Source: Saprospiraceae bacterium
GTDB lineage: Bacteria; Bacteroidota; Bacteroidia; Chitinophagales; Saprospiraceae
Assembly: GCA_041640515.1 (NCBI GenBank)
Contig: JBEQAD010000002.1
Span: 11,131 to 70,475, forward strand
DNA: 59,345 nucleotides
Reading direction: 5' to 3'
Shown here: in pieces, positions 28,614-37,730 of the stretch
Layout: each line of letters begins with the position of its first letter
Numbering within the stretch: position 1 is the stretch's first letter
Translations under genes and position numbers: made by a program
The notes under the pieces: model-generated
The model's database searches: none
What the model was told of the DNA's origin: nothing
The model's input: only the letters and a program-made list of their open reading frames with translations

Positions 28614-29609
28614 GTGAGAACCTTCCGCACTGCTCTACCACCGTTGAAAGCACCTTTCTTGCTGAGGCACACCGACCGCACGGTAGTGATTGGCTCCTGC
28701 TTTTCTGAGCACCTGGGCGAGCGCTTGAAGGCGCACAAGTTCACAATATTGGTCAATCCCTCGGGCATCCTGTACAACCCGCTCTCCATCGCACGCCTGC
28801 TGGAGCGCTTACTGGAAGAGGAGGTCGACCTGGGCAGCCATGTCTTCTGCTTCCAGGGCTTGTGGCATAGCTGGGAGCATCACGGGCGCTGGTCGCATCC
28901 CGAGCGCTACGTCTTTGAACAGCAGCTGCGAGACGCACACCGGCAGGCATGGACCTTTTCGGCATCGGCCAACCGCTTGTTCCTTACGCTAGGCACGGCG
29001 CATGTTTTTGTTTTGCGGACAAGCGGGCAGGTGGTAGCCAACAACCACAAAGCACCGGCGGAGTGGTTCGAGGAGCGGCGTCTCTCCGTGGAGGAAACTA
29101 CGCAAGCATTGGCCGCTGCCCTGGAGCGATGGAAGAGCATCCATCCTGACCTGGAAGTGCTCCTTACCGTTAGCCCGGTGCGGCACCTGCGCTTAGGGTT
29201 AATAGAAAACCAGCGCAGCAAAGCCATCCTGCTGCTTGCTTGCGACGAACTGTGCTCCCAATATCCCTTCGTGCATTATTTCCCGGCTTACGAACTTTTA
29301 CTCGACGACCTGCGCGACTACCGCTTTTACGCTGCCGACATGGTACACCCCTCTGACGTAGCAGTAGACTACATTTGGGAGTACTTTGCCCAGACTTTTT
29401 TCCTGCCAGAGACCACCCAACTGGTCAGCCAAATCGCCCGCATACGCGCAGCAGCAGCTCACCGGCCCTTTCATCCTAACTCTCCTGAACACCAGGCCTT
29501 TGCTCAGCAGCAGTGGCAGGCCATCCAGGAGCTACTGCAGCGACACCCAGGATTAGACTTCTCGGAAGAACTCGCTTATTTCCAATCGTTCTTGCCACAT
29601 ACACCATGA
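28614..29609 (+). CDS. GSCFA family protein
   Basis: (M)RTFRTALPPLKAPFLLRHTDRTVVIGSCFSEHLGERL contains the eponymous GSCF motif close to the N-terminus. I chose the GTG start at 28614. A near-consensus -7 box catgtttg lies at 28585-28592. Confidence 0.78.
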   Translation: MRTFRTALPPLKAPFLLRHTDRTVVIGSCFSEHLGERLKAHKFTILVNPSGILYNPLSIARLLERLLEEEVDLGSHVFCFQGLWHSWEHHGRWSHPERYVFEQQLRDAHRQAWTFSASANRLFLTLGTAHVFVLRTSGQVVANNHKAPAEWFEERRLSVEETTQALAAALERWKSIHPDLEVLLTVSPVRHLRLGLIENQRSKAILLLACDELCSQYPFVHYFPAYELLLDDLRDYRFYAADMVHPSDVAVDYIWEYFAQTFFLPETTQLVSQIARIRAAAAHRPFHPNSPEHQAFAQQQWQAIQELLQRHPGLDFSEELAYFQSFLPHTP

Positions 29610-30391
29610 ATCTGTCTCTTTTACACAAAAACGCCTTTGTGGGCGGGTCCAGCGCCGGTATTGGACGCGCCATAGCCTTAGAACTAGCCACCTTGGGTGC
29701 CAATGTCACCTTAGTAGCCCGCACGGAAAGCGCGCTACAGGAAGTGTGGCAGCAGCTGGACAGCTCGCAGGGCCAGCAGCACCAATATCTGGTGGCTGAC
29801 TTCACCGACAGTCAAGCGCTACTTGCTCAGGTGTCAGCACTCCTCAGCCGGCAAACAGTGCACATTTTGGTCAATAACACTGGTGGCCCTCCTGGTGGAC
29901 CTATCATTAGCGCGCGCCCAGAAGAGTTCCTCAAAGCGTATCACAACCACCTCATATGTAGCCATCTTCTGGCGCAGGCGATGTTGCCTGGCATGAAAGA
30001 AGCGGGCTACGGTCGCATCATCAACATCATCAGCACGTCCGTAAAAGAGCCCATCGAAAACCTTGGGGTGTCCAACACTACGCGGTGGGCCGTGGCTGCC
30101 TGGGCCAAAACACTAGCCGGCGAGGTAGGTGCATATGGCATTACGGTGAATAACGTCCTGCCGGGTTTCACGCGCACTGCTCGGCTTTACGACCTCATAG
30201 AGAAACGCGCTGGAGCCGCAGGCATATCTGTTAGCGAGATGGAAGCGCAATTCCGAAGTCAGGTACCCATTGGCCGCTTCGCTGAACCCCAAGAGGTGGC
30301 AGCTGCTGTGGCGTTTTTGGCTAGCCCAGCAGCTGCGTACATCAACGGCATTAACTTGCCGGTGGACGGGGGGCGAACAAAAAGCCTTTGA
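29606..30391 (+). CDS. short-chain dehydrogenase/reductase family protein, atypical catalytic motif
   Basis: GGSSAGIGRA cofactor motif and NNTG. Aligned to E. coli FabG [20 protein letters not shown], this protein reads VSNTTRWAVAAWAKTLAGEV (Tyr to Ser, Lys to Arg). Its ATG overlaps the GSCFA stop (ATGA). Confidence 0.88.
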   Translation: MNLSLLHKNAFVGGSSAGIGRAIALELATLGANVTLVARTESALQEVWQQLDSSQGQQHQYLVADFTDSQALLAQVSALLSRQTVHILVNNTGGPPGGPIISARPEEFLKAYHNHLICSHLLAQAMLPGMKEAGYGRIINIISTSVKEPIENLGVSNTTRWAVAAWAKTLAGEVGAYGITVNNVLPGFTRTARLYDLIEKRAGAAGISVSEMEAQFRSQVPIGRFAEPQEVAAAVAFLASPAAAYINGINLPVDGGRTKSL

Positions 30392-30567
30392 GTGCGAAGA
30401 ACAAAGGAGCAATAATTCGTTGGAGTGGAAGGCTCCTGAGCGTTGTGCAGGAGGGCCCTCGTATTTTTTGACGACCATTAACACTAAGATCGTCAGTTTG
30501 GCAGTTTCCTTGCAAGAACATCCTCGTATAAATACCGATTTTGGACACCACCCTTTTTTGAACGGCT

Positions 30568-30960
30568 ATGAAAAATCTGCTTGTTTTTCTGTTTTTGTTT
30601 CCCCTAACCGCCATGGCTGCGGCGCAAAGTAACCCAGTGCTGGAGGCGGTGGCACGCGCTTTAGGCGCAGGCGATGCGGATGCCCTGGCCCGCCATTTGG
30701 CCGACAACGTAGACTTGTCTATTCTTAACCAGGAGCAAACGTGCTCGAAAGTCAAGGCCACTGAGCTATTGCGTAGCTTTTTCAATACCAACAAACCACG
30801 CGCTTTCAACCAGGTGCACCAGGGCACCAGTCGCGGCAGCAGCGACCAGTACTGCATCGGCAACCTGGCCACGGCTAATGGTACCTTCCGCGTGTACGTT
30901 TACCTGAAGACGTCGGGCAGCTCCGCTGTTGTGCAAGAGCTCCGCTTTGACCGCGACTGA
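30568..30960 (+). CDS. small secreted protein (DUF4783-like)
   Basis: 130 aa with signal peptide MKNLLVFLFLFPLTAMAAAQ. The family name is from memory. Confidence 0.65.
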   Translation: MKNLLVFLFLFPLTAMAAAQSNPVLEAVARALGAGDADALARHLADNVDLSILNQEQTCSKVKATELLRSFFNTNKPRAFNQVHQGTSRGSSDQYCIGNLATANGTFRVYVYLKTSGSSAVVQELRFDRD

Positions 30961-31017
30961 TACTGCCTTTGAGCGCTACTGCTGAATAACGACTGCACAT
31001 TTTCTAAAGTTTCAGGC

Positions 31018-31025
31018 TAATTTTG
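31018..31025 (+). promoter_or_regulatory. -7 box (TAatTTTG) directly upstream of a terminator-type hairpin
   Basis: taattttg ends 3 nt before the hairpin at 31028-31067. Confidence 0.4.
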
Positions 31026-31027
31026 CC

Positions 31028-31072
31028 GCGTTTCCGGGTATCCGGCCTCCTCGGTGCCCGGAAACGCTTTTT
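31028..31072 (+). terminator. intrinsic terminator / leader hairpin abutting the next start codon
   Basis: gcgtttccggg (31028-31038) pairs with cccggaaacgc (31057-31067), followed by TTTTT (31068-31072). The ATG follows at 31073. Confidence 0.7.
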
Positions 31073-31927
31073 ATGATACGCATGCTCAGAGTGGTCGTTC
31101 TTGTAGGTGTCGCCTCGTTGTTGTGGCGCTGCCATTCCTCGGATGCCGATAGCCGAGAGGGCGACATGTTGCTGGCTAAAGTATACAATAAGAGCCTCTA
31201 TTTGTCAGAATTAAAAGACATCATGCCGCCGGGGACTTCTCCTGACGACAGCGTGCTGCTGGTCAGGGCTTATATCCAGCGCTGGGTGCACGACCAATTG
31301 CTCATGTACGAAGCAGAGCGCAACATTCCCAAAGACCTTAACATTGACAAACTGGTGCGTGACTACCGGGCTAGCTTAGTGCGCTTCAACTTCGAGGAGC
31401 AAATCATTGCTGAGCGCTTGGACAGCACCATTTCGGAGAATGAACTGCGTGCTTTCTACGAAAGCAACAAAGACCAATTTCAGTTGGAAAGTACCATCCT
31501 GAAGTGCCAATTGATGGTGATTCCCTATAAGGCGCCTCAGAATGAGTTTAACCGTTTGTGGTATAGCAAGAACCCAGCTGACGAAAACCGCCTGCGCGCC
31601 CTATGCAAGCAGTGGGCCAAGGAAGCACTGCTCGACACCGAGCGGTGGCATCGGTTAGAAGAAATAGCGGCTTTGCTGCCACGGGGCACCCTCACCTCGG
31701 AGAATGTGGCGGCGCGCCGAGAGGGTACGATAGGCGACGGCGATTTTCGTTATTACTACCGCGTGCTCGAAGTGGTGCGCGGCAAGGAAACCGCTCCGTT
31801 CGAATACGCCCGTGCCCAAGCGCGGGCCATCGTGCTGCACAAGCGCAAACAAGAACTGATCGAGCGCTGGAAAGAAGAACTCTATCAGCAGGAACTGCGT
31901 CGCCAAAACATTTGGATTAACCAATAA
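31073..31927 (+). CDS. periplasmic chaperone-like protein (SurA N-terminal-domain-like, no parvulin domain)
   Basis: 284 aa with an N-terminal signal/anchor MIRMLRVVVLVGVASLLWRC. It is helical, charged, chaperone-like, and sits upstream of surA-like and bamA genes. Confidence 0.6.
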   Translation: MIRMLRVVVLVGVASLLWRCHSSDADSREGDMLLAKVYNKSLYLSELKDIMPPGTSPDDSVLLVRAYIQRWVHDQLLMYEAERNIPKDLNIDKLVRDYRASLVRFNFEEQIIAERLDSTISENELRAFYESNKDQFQLESTILKCQLMVIPYKAPQNEFNRLWYSKNPADENRLRALCKQWAKEALLDTERWHRLEEIAALLPRGTLTSENVAARREGTIGDGDFRYYYRVLEVVRGKETAPFEYARAQARAIVLHKRKQELIERWKEELYQQELRRQNIWINQ

Positions 31928-32043
31928 TCCACTCGCCGCCTATGCGCTGCCGAGCCAAAAATTCACCTCGACTTAGACAACCCGACGATAACCGTAAACA
32001 TCCAGGCATAGCACGGCGGGCTTGCCTGACGACTGCGAACACC

Positions 32044-33426
32044 ATGCCCATGCTAAAGTCTTTTGCCTCCTCCCTGGCCTTTGCCCTTTTCCTAACCTTT
32101 GCTTTGCCGCTAAGCGGCCAAAACGAGCGGATGCTCATTGACAAGGTCGTCGCTACGGTAGGCGGTGAGGTTGTCTTGCTTAGCGAAGTGCAAGAACAAG
32201 TAGCCTACGCTCGCCAGCAAACCTCCAAAATAGGCGCTGACTACCCTTGCTTGGTGCTCCAGAATCTCATTGTTCAGCGGCTGCTGGTGCATCAAGCCAA
32301 GGTAGACTCCGTCCTCGTAAAAGACGACGAGGTAGAAAACCAGCTCGATGCCCGCATTGAGCGGTTGCGCTCGTACTTCAACCAGGACGACAAGGCTATC
32401 GAGGAGTATTACGGCCAGACGGTGGCCCAAATCAAAGACCAAATGCGCAACGATATGCGCAATCAGCTGCTGGCCGAGCGCATGCAACAGGAAATCACCA
32501 AGAAGGTGACCATCACCCCGTTAGAGGTGCAAGCATTTTTCCAGCAAATCCCGCCGGATTCGCTGCCCTTTTTCAACGCAGAAGTGGAGATTCGCGAATT
32601 GGTGTATAAGCCGCCTGTCAACGCCGAGGAGCGAGCAAAAGCCCGTGCCCGGGCAGAGGACTTGCGCAAACGCATCGTGGACAAAGGGGAAAGCTTCGCC
32701 GAGTTGGCTAAAAAATACAGCGACGACCCCGGCAGCGCTGCGCAAGGCGGCGACTTGGGCTGGCAAAAGCGCGGTACTTTCGTTCCCGAATTTGAGGCCG
32801 CCGTCTATAAACTTGACCCTGGCCAGATTAGCACCGTCGTCGAGACAGAATTCGGTTTTCACGTTATCCAACTTATCGAGCGGCGCGGCAACCTCGTACA
32901 TGCCCGCCATATCCTCATCAAACCCGAAATCACGGACGAAGACTTGGCTAAGGCAACAGCCAAGCTGGACTCTGTGCGAACGCTCATCTTAGAAGGTAAG
33001 TTGACTTTCAGCGATGCCGTTAAACTTTACGGGGACAAGAACGCTCCCAGCTACAGCAACGACGGCCGCGTGGCCAACCCGCGCAGCGGCAATACTTTCT
33101 TTGAGGTGGGCGATCTGGACACCAATGTCTTCTTCGCTATTGATGAACTGGAGGTGGGCGGCATTTCCAAACCCACTCCTTTCCGAATGCCCGATGGCTC
33201 GCGCTATTACCGACTTATTTTGCTCGAAAGTCGAAGCAAGCCCCACCGCGCAGACTTACGTCAGGACTACAACAAAATTCAGGCAGCCGCGCTGGAACAG
33301 AAGAAAAACGACTACTTGGAAGAATGGATGCTTGCTCGCCTGCGCAAGACACATCTGGCTATTGATCCGCTTTTCTTGAATTGCCCAAACCTCCAGGAAA
33401 TCCTTGCCCAAACCCAGCGCTTCTAA
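32044..33426 (+). CDS. surA: SurA-like peptidyl-prolyl cis-trans isomerase (parvulin/PpiC type)
   Basis: Signal peptide MPMLKSFASSLAFALFLTFALPLSGQ. Parvulin motif SDDPGSAAQGGDLGWQKRGTFVPEFE...GFHVIQL. Confidence 0.85.
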   Translation: MPMLKSFASSLAFALFLTFALPLSGQNERMLIDKVVATVGGEVVLLSEVQEQVAYARQQTSKIGADYPCLVLQNLIVQRLLVHQAKVDSVLVKDDEVENQLDARIERLRSYFNQDDKAIEEYYGQTVAQIKDQMRNDMRNQLLAERMQQEITKKVTITPLEVQAFFQQIPPDSLPFFNAEVEIRELVYKPPVNAEERAKARARAEDLRKRIVDKGESFAELAKKYSDDPGSAAQGGDLGWQKRGTFVPEFEAAVYKLDPGQISTVVETEFGFHVIQLIERRGNLVHARHILIKPEITDEDLAKATAKLDSVRTLILEGKLTFSDAVKLYGDKNAPSYSNDGRVANPRSGNTFFEVGDLDTNVFFAIDELEVGGISKPTPFRMPDGSRYYRLILLESRSKPHRADLRQDYNKIQAAALEQKKNDYLEEWMLARLRKTHLAIDPLFLNCPNLQEILAQTQRF

Positions 33427-33503
33427 GCCTCGACTCTCTTGTTATGCCTATTTCCTCCCTCTTTATCCCAAAACCTGCGAACCCACTTCTATCTACAGCG
33501 CCC

Positions 33504-36044
33504 ATGAGATTGCCCATCCCTGTTCTCTTTTTGCTGACGTTGCATGGGCTGAATGCCCAAACCTTTTCTATAGCCGACACCTCACAACTACCGCTGTTCC
33601 CCTACGAGAAAGCGCAAGAGTATAAAATCGGTGGGGTACGTGTGAGTGGCGCACAGTACGCCGACGCTCAGGCGCTGGTAGCCATCTCAGGGCTGCGTGT
33701 AGGAGATCAGGTACGCATCCCGGGACCGCTGATTACGCGCGCAGTGCAGGCATTATGGAATCTACGCCTCTTCACAGATGTACAAGTCGTTCAAGAGCAG
33801 CAAAAAGGCGACGAGATTTTTTTGGAAATCATTGTCAAAGAACTGCCGCGCTACACGCGGCATTCGTTTGTAGGCGTGAAAAAAAGCAAGCACGAAGACC
33901 TCAACAACATCATCAACCGCTACCTGCAACGCGGCGCCATCCTGACAGAAAACGCGCGAACTTCGGTCATCAATGGCATCAAAAACTACTACGCCGATAA
34001 GGGCTACTTGGATGCCAGCGTCATCATCAAGACTCAGCCTGACGAGCGCTCCATCAATGGGGTAAAGATGGAGGTGGCTATCAAGCCAGGCAAGCGTGTC
34101 AAGATTCAAGACATCCGCTTCTTGGGCAATCAGCAGGTGAAAGCGTCTAAACTGCGCCGAAAAATGAAGAATACGGCGCGCAAAAGCCGCATTTTTAAGA
34201 AGTCTCGCCTACTGGAAAAGGAATATGAAGAAGACAAACGCGCTATTGAGGCCTACTACAATACCTTAGGCTTCCGCGATGCGCGGGTGATACGCGACTC
34301 CATCTGGCGCACAGCTAAAGGCGAGCTGATGCTAGAATTAACCATCAACGAAGGGCGACGCTATTACTTTCGCCACATTACTTGGAAGGGCAATACGATT
34401 TACGAAACGCGGGTCCTTCAACAAGTGCTTGGCATCTCTAAAGGCGATGTATACAATCAAGAATTGCTCAACAATCGCCTCAGCTTTAGCCAAGACGGCC
34501 GTGATGTGTCTTCGTTATACCTGGACAATGGCTATCTGTTCTTTCGGGCAGACCCCATCGAGACAGCCATTGAAAATGACTCTGTGGATTTGGAAATTCG
34601 CATCTTCGAAGGCCCGCAAGCCACCATCGACCGCGTCGTCATTAAGGGCAACGACCGTACCCATGAGCACGTCATCCGACGCGAACTGTTCACTCGTCCC
34701 GGTGATAAATTTAGCCGTTCCGATATCATTCGCTCTCAACGCGAGATCGTCAACTTAGGCTACTTCAACCCAGAGACCTTAGGCATTAACACGCCTGTAA
34801 ACCCTGACCGGGGCACGGTGGACATCGAGTACACGGTGGAAGAGAAGCCCTCTGACCAGCTTGAGCTGAGCGCCGGCTATCAGCCGCGCACGGCCTTCGG
34901 GCTGGGTGGAGTTATTGGCACTTTGGGGGTAACGTTCAACAACTTCTCCTTGCGCAACATCCGCAACCGCGAAGCTTGGAACCCGCTGCCCCAAGGCGAC
35001 GGGCAACGCTTAAGCTTGCGCGGACAGACTTCTGGGCCAAACTTCCAGTCGTACAACTTTTCCTTTACAGAACCCTGGCTGGGTGGACGCAAGCCCAACT
35101 CGCTCACCGTGGCTGGCGTATATAACCGCTTTGCCCAGGGCTTTGAGGGCGCCTCTAACTACAGCAGGCTGGGCATTCTGCGTGGAGCCGTAAACTTTGG
35201 TACACGACTCAAAATCCCCGACGATAACTTCATCTTCCGCGCCGGTGTAGAGGTGCAGACCTACGACTTGCTCAATTGGGCCAATTTCCGCGACGACAGA
35301 GGGCGTATCCTCGGCAGCGGCAAATACAACAACTTCAATTTTAACCTCAATTTGGCCCGCAACAGCATTAATGACCCCATTTTCCCGCGGGCAGGTTCGC
35401 TCTTTTCTGTGAACATCCAGGCCACGCCGCCCTACTCTTGGTTCCGACCGGCCAGCTTTTATGAAAGTAACGAGCCTTCGTTGATATACCGCTATGTTGA
35501 GTACGTGCGTTGGCGCTTCGATGCCGAATGGTATACGACCATCGTAGGCAAGCTGGTACTTCGCTCGCAGGCCAAAGTAGGCATTTTGGGCCGCTGGTCA
35601 AAGAAGACGGGCCTCAGCCCCTTCGAGCGCTTCGACGTCGGTGGCGACGGTCTCAACAACCAGAACTTTGGCCTTTTTGGGCGCAGCATTATCAGCATGC
35701 GCGGCTATGGGGTAGAAGATATTATGCAGCCTTTCCCAGGAGGGGCAGGTGTGTTCAGTAAATTCACCTTAGAGATGCGTTACCCCATCTCACTTAACCC
35801 ACAGAGCACCATCTTCGTCACTTCCTTCTTGCAAGGAGGTAATGCTTGGGCGCAAGCGCGCAACTTCAACCCCTTTGACCTCCGGCGCTCAGCAGGGTTA
35901 GGGCTGCGCGTATTCTTACCTATGTTCGGCACGCTGGGCTTTGATTACGGCTTTGGCTTCGACAAGCCCGACCTCATCGCCCGCAAGGCGAAGTGGACGG
36001 AGTTTGCCCGCTTCAATATCGTGCTTGGTTTTGAACCGGATTGA
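33504..36044 (+). CDS. bamA: outer membrane protein assembly factor BamA
   Basis: 846 aa from MRLPIPVLFLLTLHGLNAQ. POTRA repeats, then a C-terminal Omp85 beta-barrel. Confidence 0.93.
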   Translation: MRLPIPVLFLLTLHGLNAQTFSIADTSQLPLFPYEKAQEYKIGGVRVSGAQYADAQALVAISGLRVGDQVRIPGPLITRAVQALWNLRLFTDVQVVQEQQKGDEIFLEIIVKELPRYTRHSFVGVKKSKHEDLNNIINRYLQRGAILTENARTSVINGIKNYYADKGYLDASVIIKTQPDERSINGVKMEVAIKPGKRVKIQDIRFLGNQQVKASKLRRKMKNTARKSRIFKKSRLLEKEYEEDKRAIEAYYNTLGFRDARVIRDSIWRTAKGELMLELTINEGRRYYFRHITWKGNTIYETRVLQQVLGISKGDVYNQELLNNRLSFSQDGRDVSSLYLDNGYLFFRADPIETAIENDSVDLEIRIFEGPQATIDRVVIKGNDRTHEHVIRRELFTRPGDKFSRSDIIRSQREIVNLGYFNPETLGINTPVNPDRGTVDIEYTVEEKPSDQLELSAGYQPRTAFGLGGVIGTLGVTFNNFSLRNIRNREAWNPLPQGDGQRLSLRGQTSGPNFQSYNFSFTEPWLGGRKPNSLTVAGVYNRFAQGFEGASNYSRLGILRGAVNFGTRLKIPDDNFIFRAGVEVQTYDLLNWANFRDDRGRILGSGKYNNFNFNLNLARNSINDPIFPRAGSLFSVNIQATPPYSWFRPASFYESNEPSLIYRYVEYVRWRFDAEWYTTIVGKLVLRSQAKVGILGRWSKKTGLSPFERFDVGGDGLNNQNFGLFGRSIISMRGYGVEDIMQPFPGGAGVFSKFTLEMRYPISLNPQSTIFVTSFLQGGNAWAQARNFNPFDLRRSAGLGLRVFLPMFGTLGFDYGFGFDKPDLIARKAKWTEFARFNIVLGFEPD

Positions 36045-36110
36045 TGCCCGACGGTTTATGCAATGCCTTCGCAGGAGGTATTACTCTGTTACGATATATC
36101 CGGCCTATCC

Positions 36111-37223
36111 ATGCAATTTTACCCGCTCACTGTCGCGCGCATTCATCCTGAGACCCCCGACACGCGCACCATCGAGTTCCTCATCCCCGAAGAACTAAGC
36201 GATTTATTCACCTATCAGGCAGGACAATACGTCACCTTGCGACATATTCTGGGCGGCCAAGAGGTGCGCCGTTCGTATTCTATGTCGTCTAGCCCGTTGG
36301 AAAAACGCTTGGCTATCACAGTCAAAAAAGTGCAGGGCGGTCGTATGTCCACCTATTTGTGCGATGTGCTTCGAGAAGGCGACACCCTACAGGTAGCGCC
36401 GCCAGAGGGGCGCTTCGTTACCTCTTTCGATGCAGAACGACGACGCACCCTCTACCTTTTTGGTGCAGGCAGTGGCATTACTCCGCTAATGTCCATTCTG
36501 AAAACGGCCTTGGAGGCCGAGCCAATGAGTACCCTCTTCTTACTTTATGGCAATCGCGATGAGGACAACATCATCTTTCGGGACGAATTGCATACCCTCG
36601 CCCAGCGCTATGCGGGCCAGTTCAATGTGGAATACATCCTCAGCCGCCCTAAAAAGATAGAAGCAGGTAGCTTTTTAGGTTTGTTTAAGCGATACACAAG
36701 CCATTGGAATGGACGCACAGGCCGCATTACTGGTCAAGTGGTGCAACAGTTTTTAGAAGAAAACCCACCGCACACGCCGCCTAAGGATTGTGACTATTTC
36801 ATCTGCGGCCCTGGCAATATGGCAGATGTGGTGAAAGCCACCCTCCTGGCCCAAGGCATTGAGAGCAAGCAAATACATACCGAGTATTTCGTCAATGCCA
36901 CCCACACGCCGGGCGAATTCGCCGAGACGCCAGGCGGTGCTAATGGCAGCGCTCGGCTCATTGTCCACCTCCATCGCACACGCATCGAGACCGTCGTCCC
37001 TCCCAAAGCTACCATTTTAGATGTGTTGGTTAAGGAAAAACACGACGTGCCTTACTCTTGTACCGCCGGCGCATGCTCTACCTGTATGGCCAAAGTGCTA
37101 CAAGGTAAAGTGCGCATGGATGCCTGCTATGCCTTAGATGACGAGGAAATCAAGGCGGGGTATTGCCTAACCTGTCAGGCCCATCCGGAAAGTGAGGTCG
37201 TCGAAATTACCTACGATATTTAA
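36111..37223 (+). CDS. ferredoxin-NAD(P)+ reductase with C-terminal plant-type 2Fe-2S domain (PaaE/PaaK-like)
   Basis: FAD motif RRSYSMSS, NAD motif LFGAGSGITP, and a 2Fe-2S ligand pattern CTAGACSTCMAKV...C. Confidence 0.85.
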   Translation: MQFYPLTVARIHPETPDTRTIEFLIPEELSDLFTYQAGQYVTLRHILGGQEVRRSYSMSSSPLEKRLAITVKKVQGGRMSTYLCDVLREGDTLQVAPPEGRFVTSFDAERRRTLYLFGAGSGITPLMSILKTALEAEPMSTLFLLYGNRDEDNIIFRDELHTLAQRYAGQFNVEYILSRPKKIEAGSFLGLFKRYTSHWNGRTGRITGQVVQQFLEENPPHTPPKDCDYFICGPGNMADVVKATLLAQGIESKQIHTEYFVNATHTPGEFAETPGGANGSARLIVHLHRTRIETVVPPKATILDVLVKEKHDVPYSCTAGACSTCMAKVLQGKVRMDACYALDDEEIKAGYCLTCQAHPESEVVEITYDI

Positions 37224-37242
37224 GATTACTAAAAGCAAAAGT

Positions 37243-37273
37243 CGCCTCGAGGTGCGGGAGCGCATTCGAGGCG
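37243..37273 (-). terminator. hairpin with a better U-tract on the minus strand
   Basis: cgcctcga (37243-37250) pairs with tcgaggcg (37266-37273). The minus-strand downstream sequence is acTTTTgcTTTT. The plus-strand downstream sequence is only gcttgggg. Confidence 0.35.
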
Positions 37274-37687
37274 GCTTGGGGATTAAGTTTGCTTTCATTT
37301 GGTTGCCAAAGGTTGTTCCAGCAAAGGGTTTGTTAGTAAAAAGGGCGAGAAAATCTCCATAGGAAAGCTGCTGGAGGAAAATTCGCACTTGAGTTCTTGA
37401 GGTTCTTAGCCGCAACTGAATCTTTTTTGTCGTAGATTTTAAAGAGCTCTCAACGTTTTTGGCTAAAAAATATTCCCTCAAAGGGTTTTGTTGCATCGGA
37501 GATATCTCGGCAAGCAATAGAGTTCTTTACTAATCTGATGAAAACCAGCACCTTACATCTTCTATAGATCTTTTCAATTGGCTACTGTCTTGGACTCAGG
37601 AGTTGTCCTTTTGATTAGAGCCGCCACCGCAAACGCCCACGGTACCCCTCAGAGACATTAGAACCGATGTGCAACAGCAACTCCTAA

Positions 37688-37695
37688 TATCTTTG
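37688..37695 (+). promoter_or_regulatory. -7 box (TAtcTTTG) upstream of the second ECF-like sigma gene
   Basis: tatctttg lies 36 nt upstream of the ATG at 37731. Confidence 0.4.
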
Positions 37696-37730
37696 CATCA
37701 CCTCACGGAGCCGCTTCCATCAGAACAAAT

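Noticed and set aside
28541-28789. 5' extension of the YbjN-partner ORF (track start 28789) and of the GSCFA ORF (track start 28509), which would make the two genes overlap head-on by about 280 nt
   Set aside because: Divergent -7 boxes (28583-28576 on the minus strand, near-consensus 28585-28592 on the plus strand) sit inside both extensions. GSCFA homologs begin just before the FRT...GSCF segment. The shorter GTG starts (28540 and 28614) leave a normal 73-bp divergent promoter region.
37373-37388. ggaggaaaattcgcac, superficially like the conserved GGAGGAAAGUCCGGGC core of RNase P RNA
   Set aside because: Only the first ~9 nt match. None of the other conserved RNase P elements or helices can be found around it.
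37167-37517. 116-aa minus-strand ORF in the spacer after the reductase gene
   Set aside because: It reads through a stable hairpin and into the 3' end of the reductase gene. Its Lys/Leu/Thr/Arg-rich sequence has no motif. The region is treated as non-coding (see the finding at 37224-37730).
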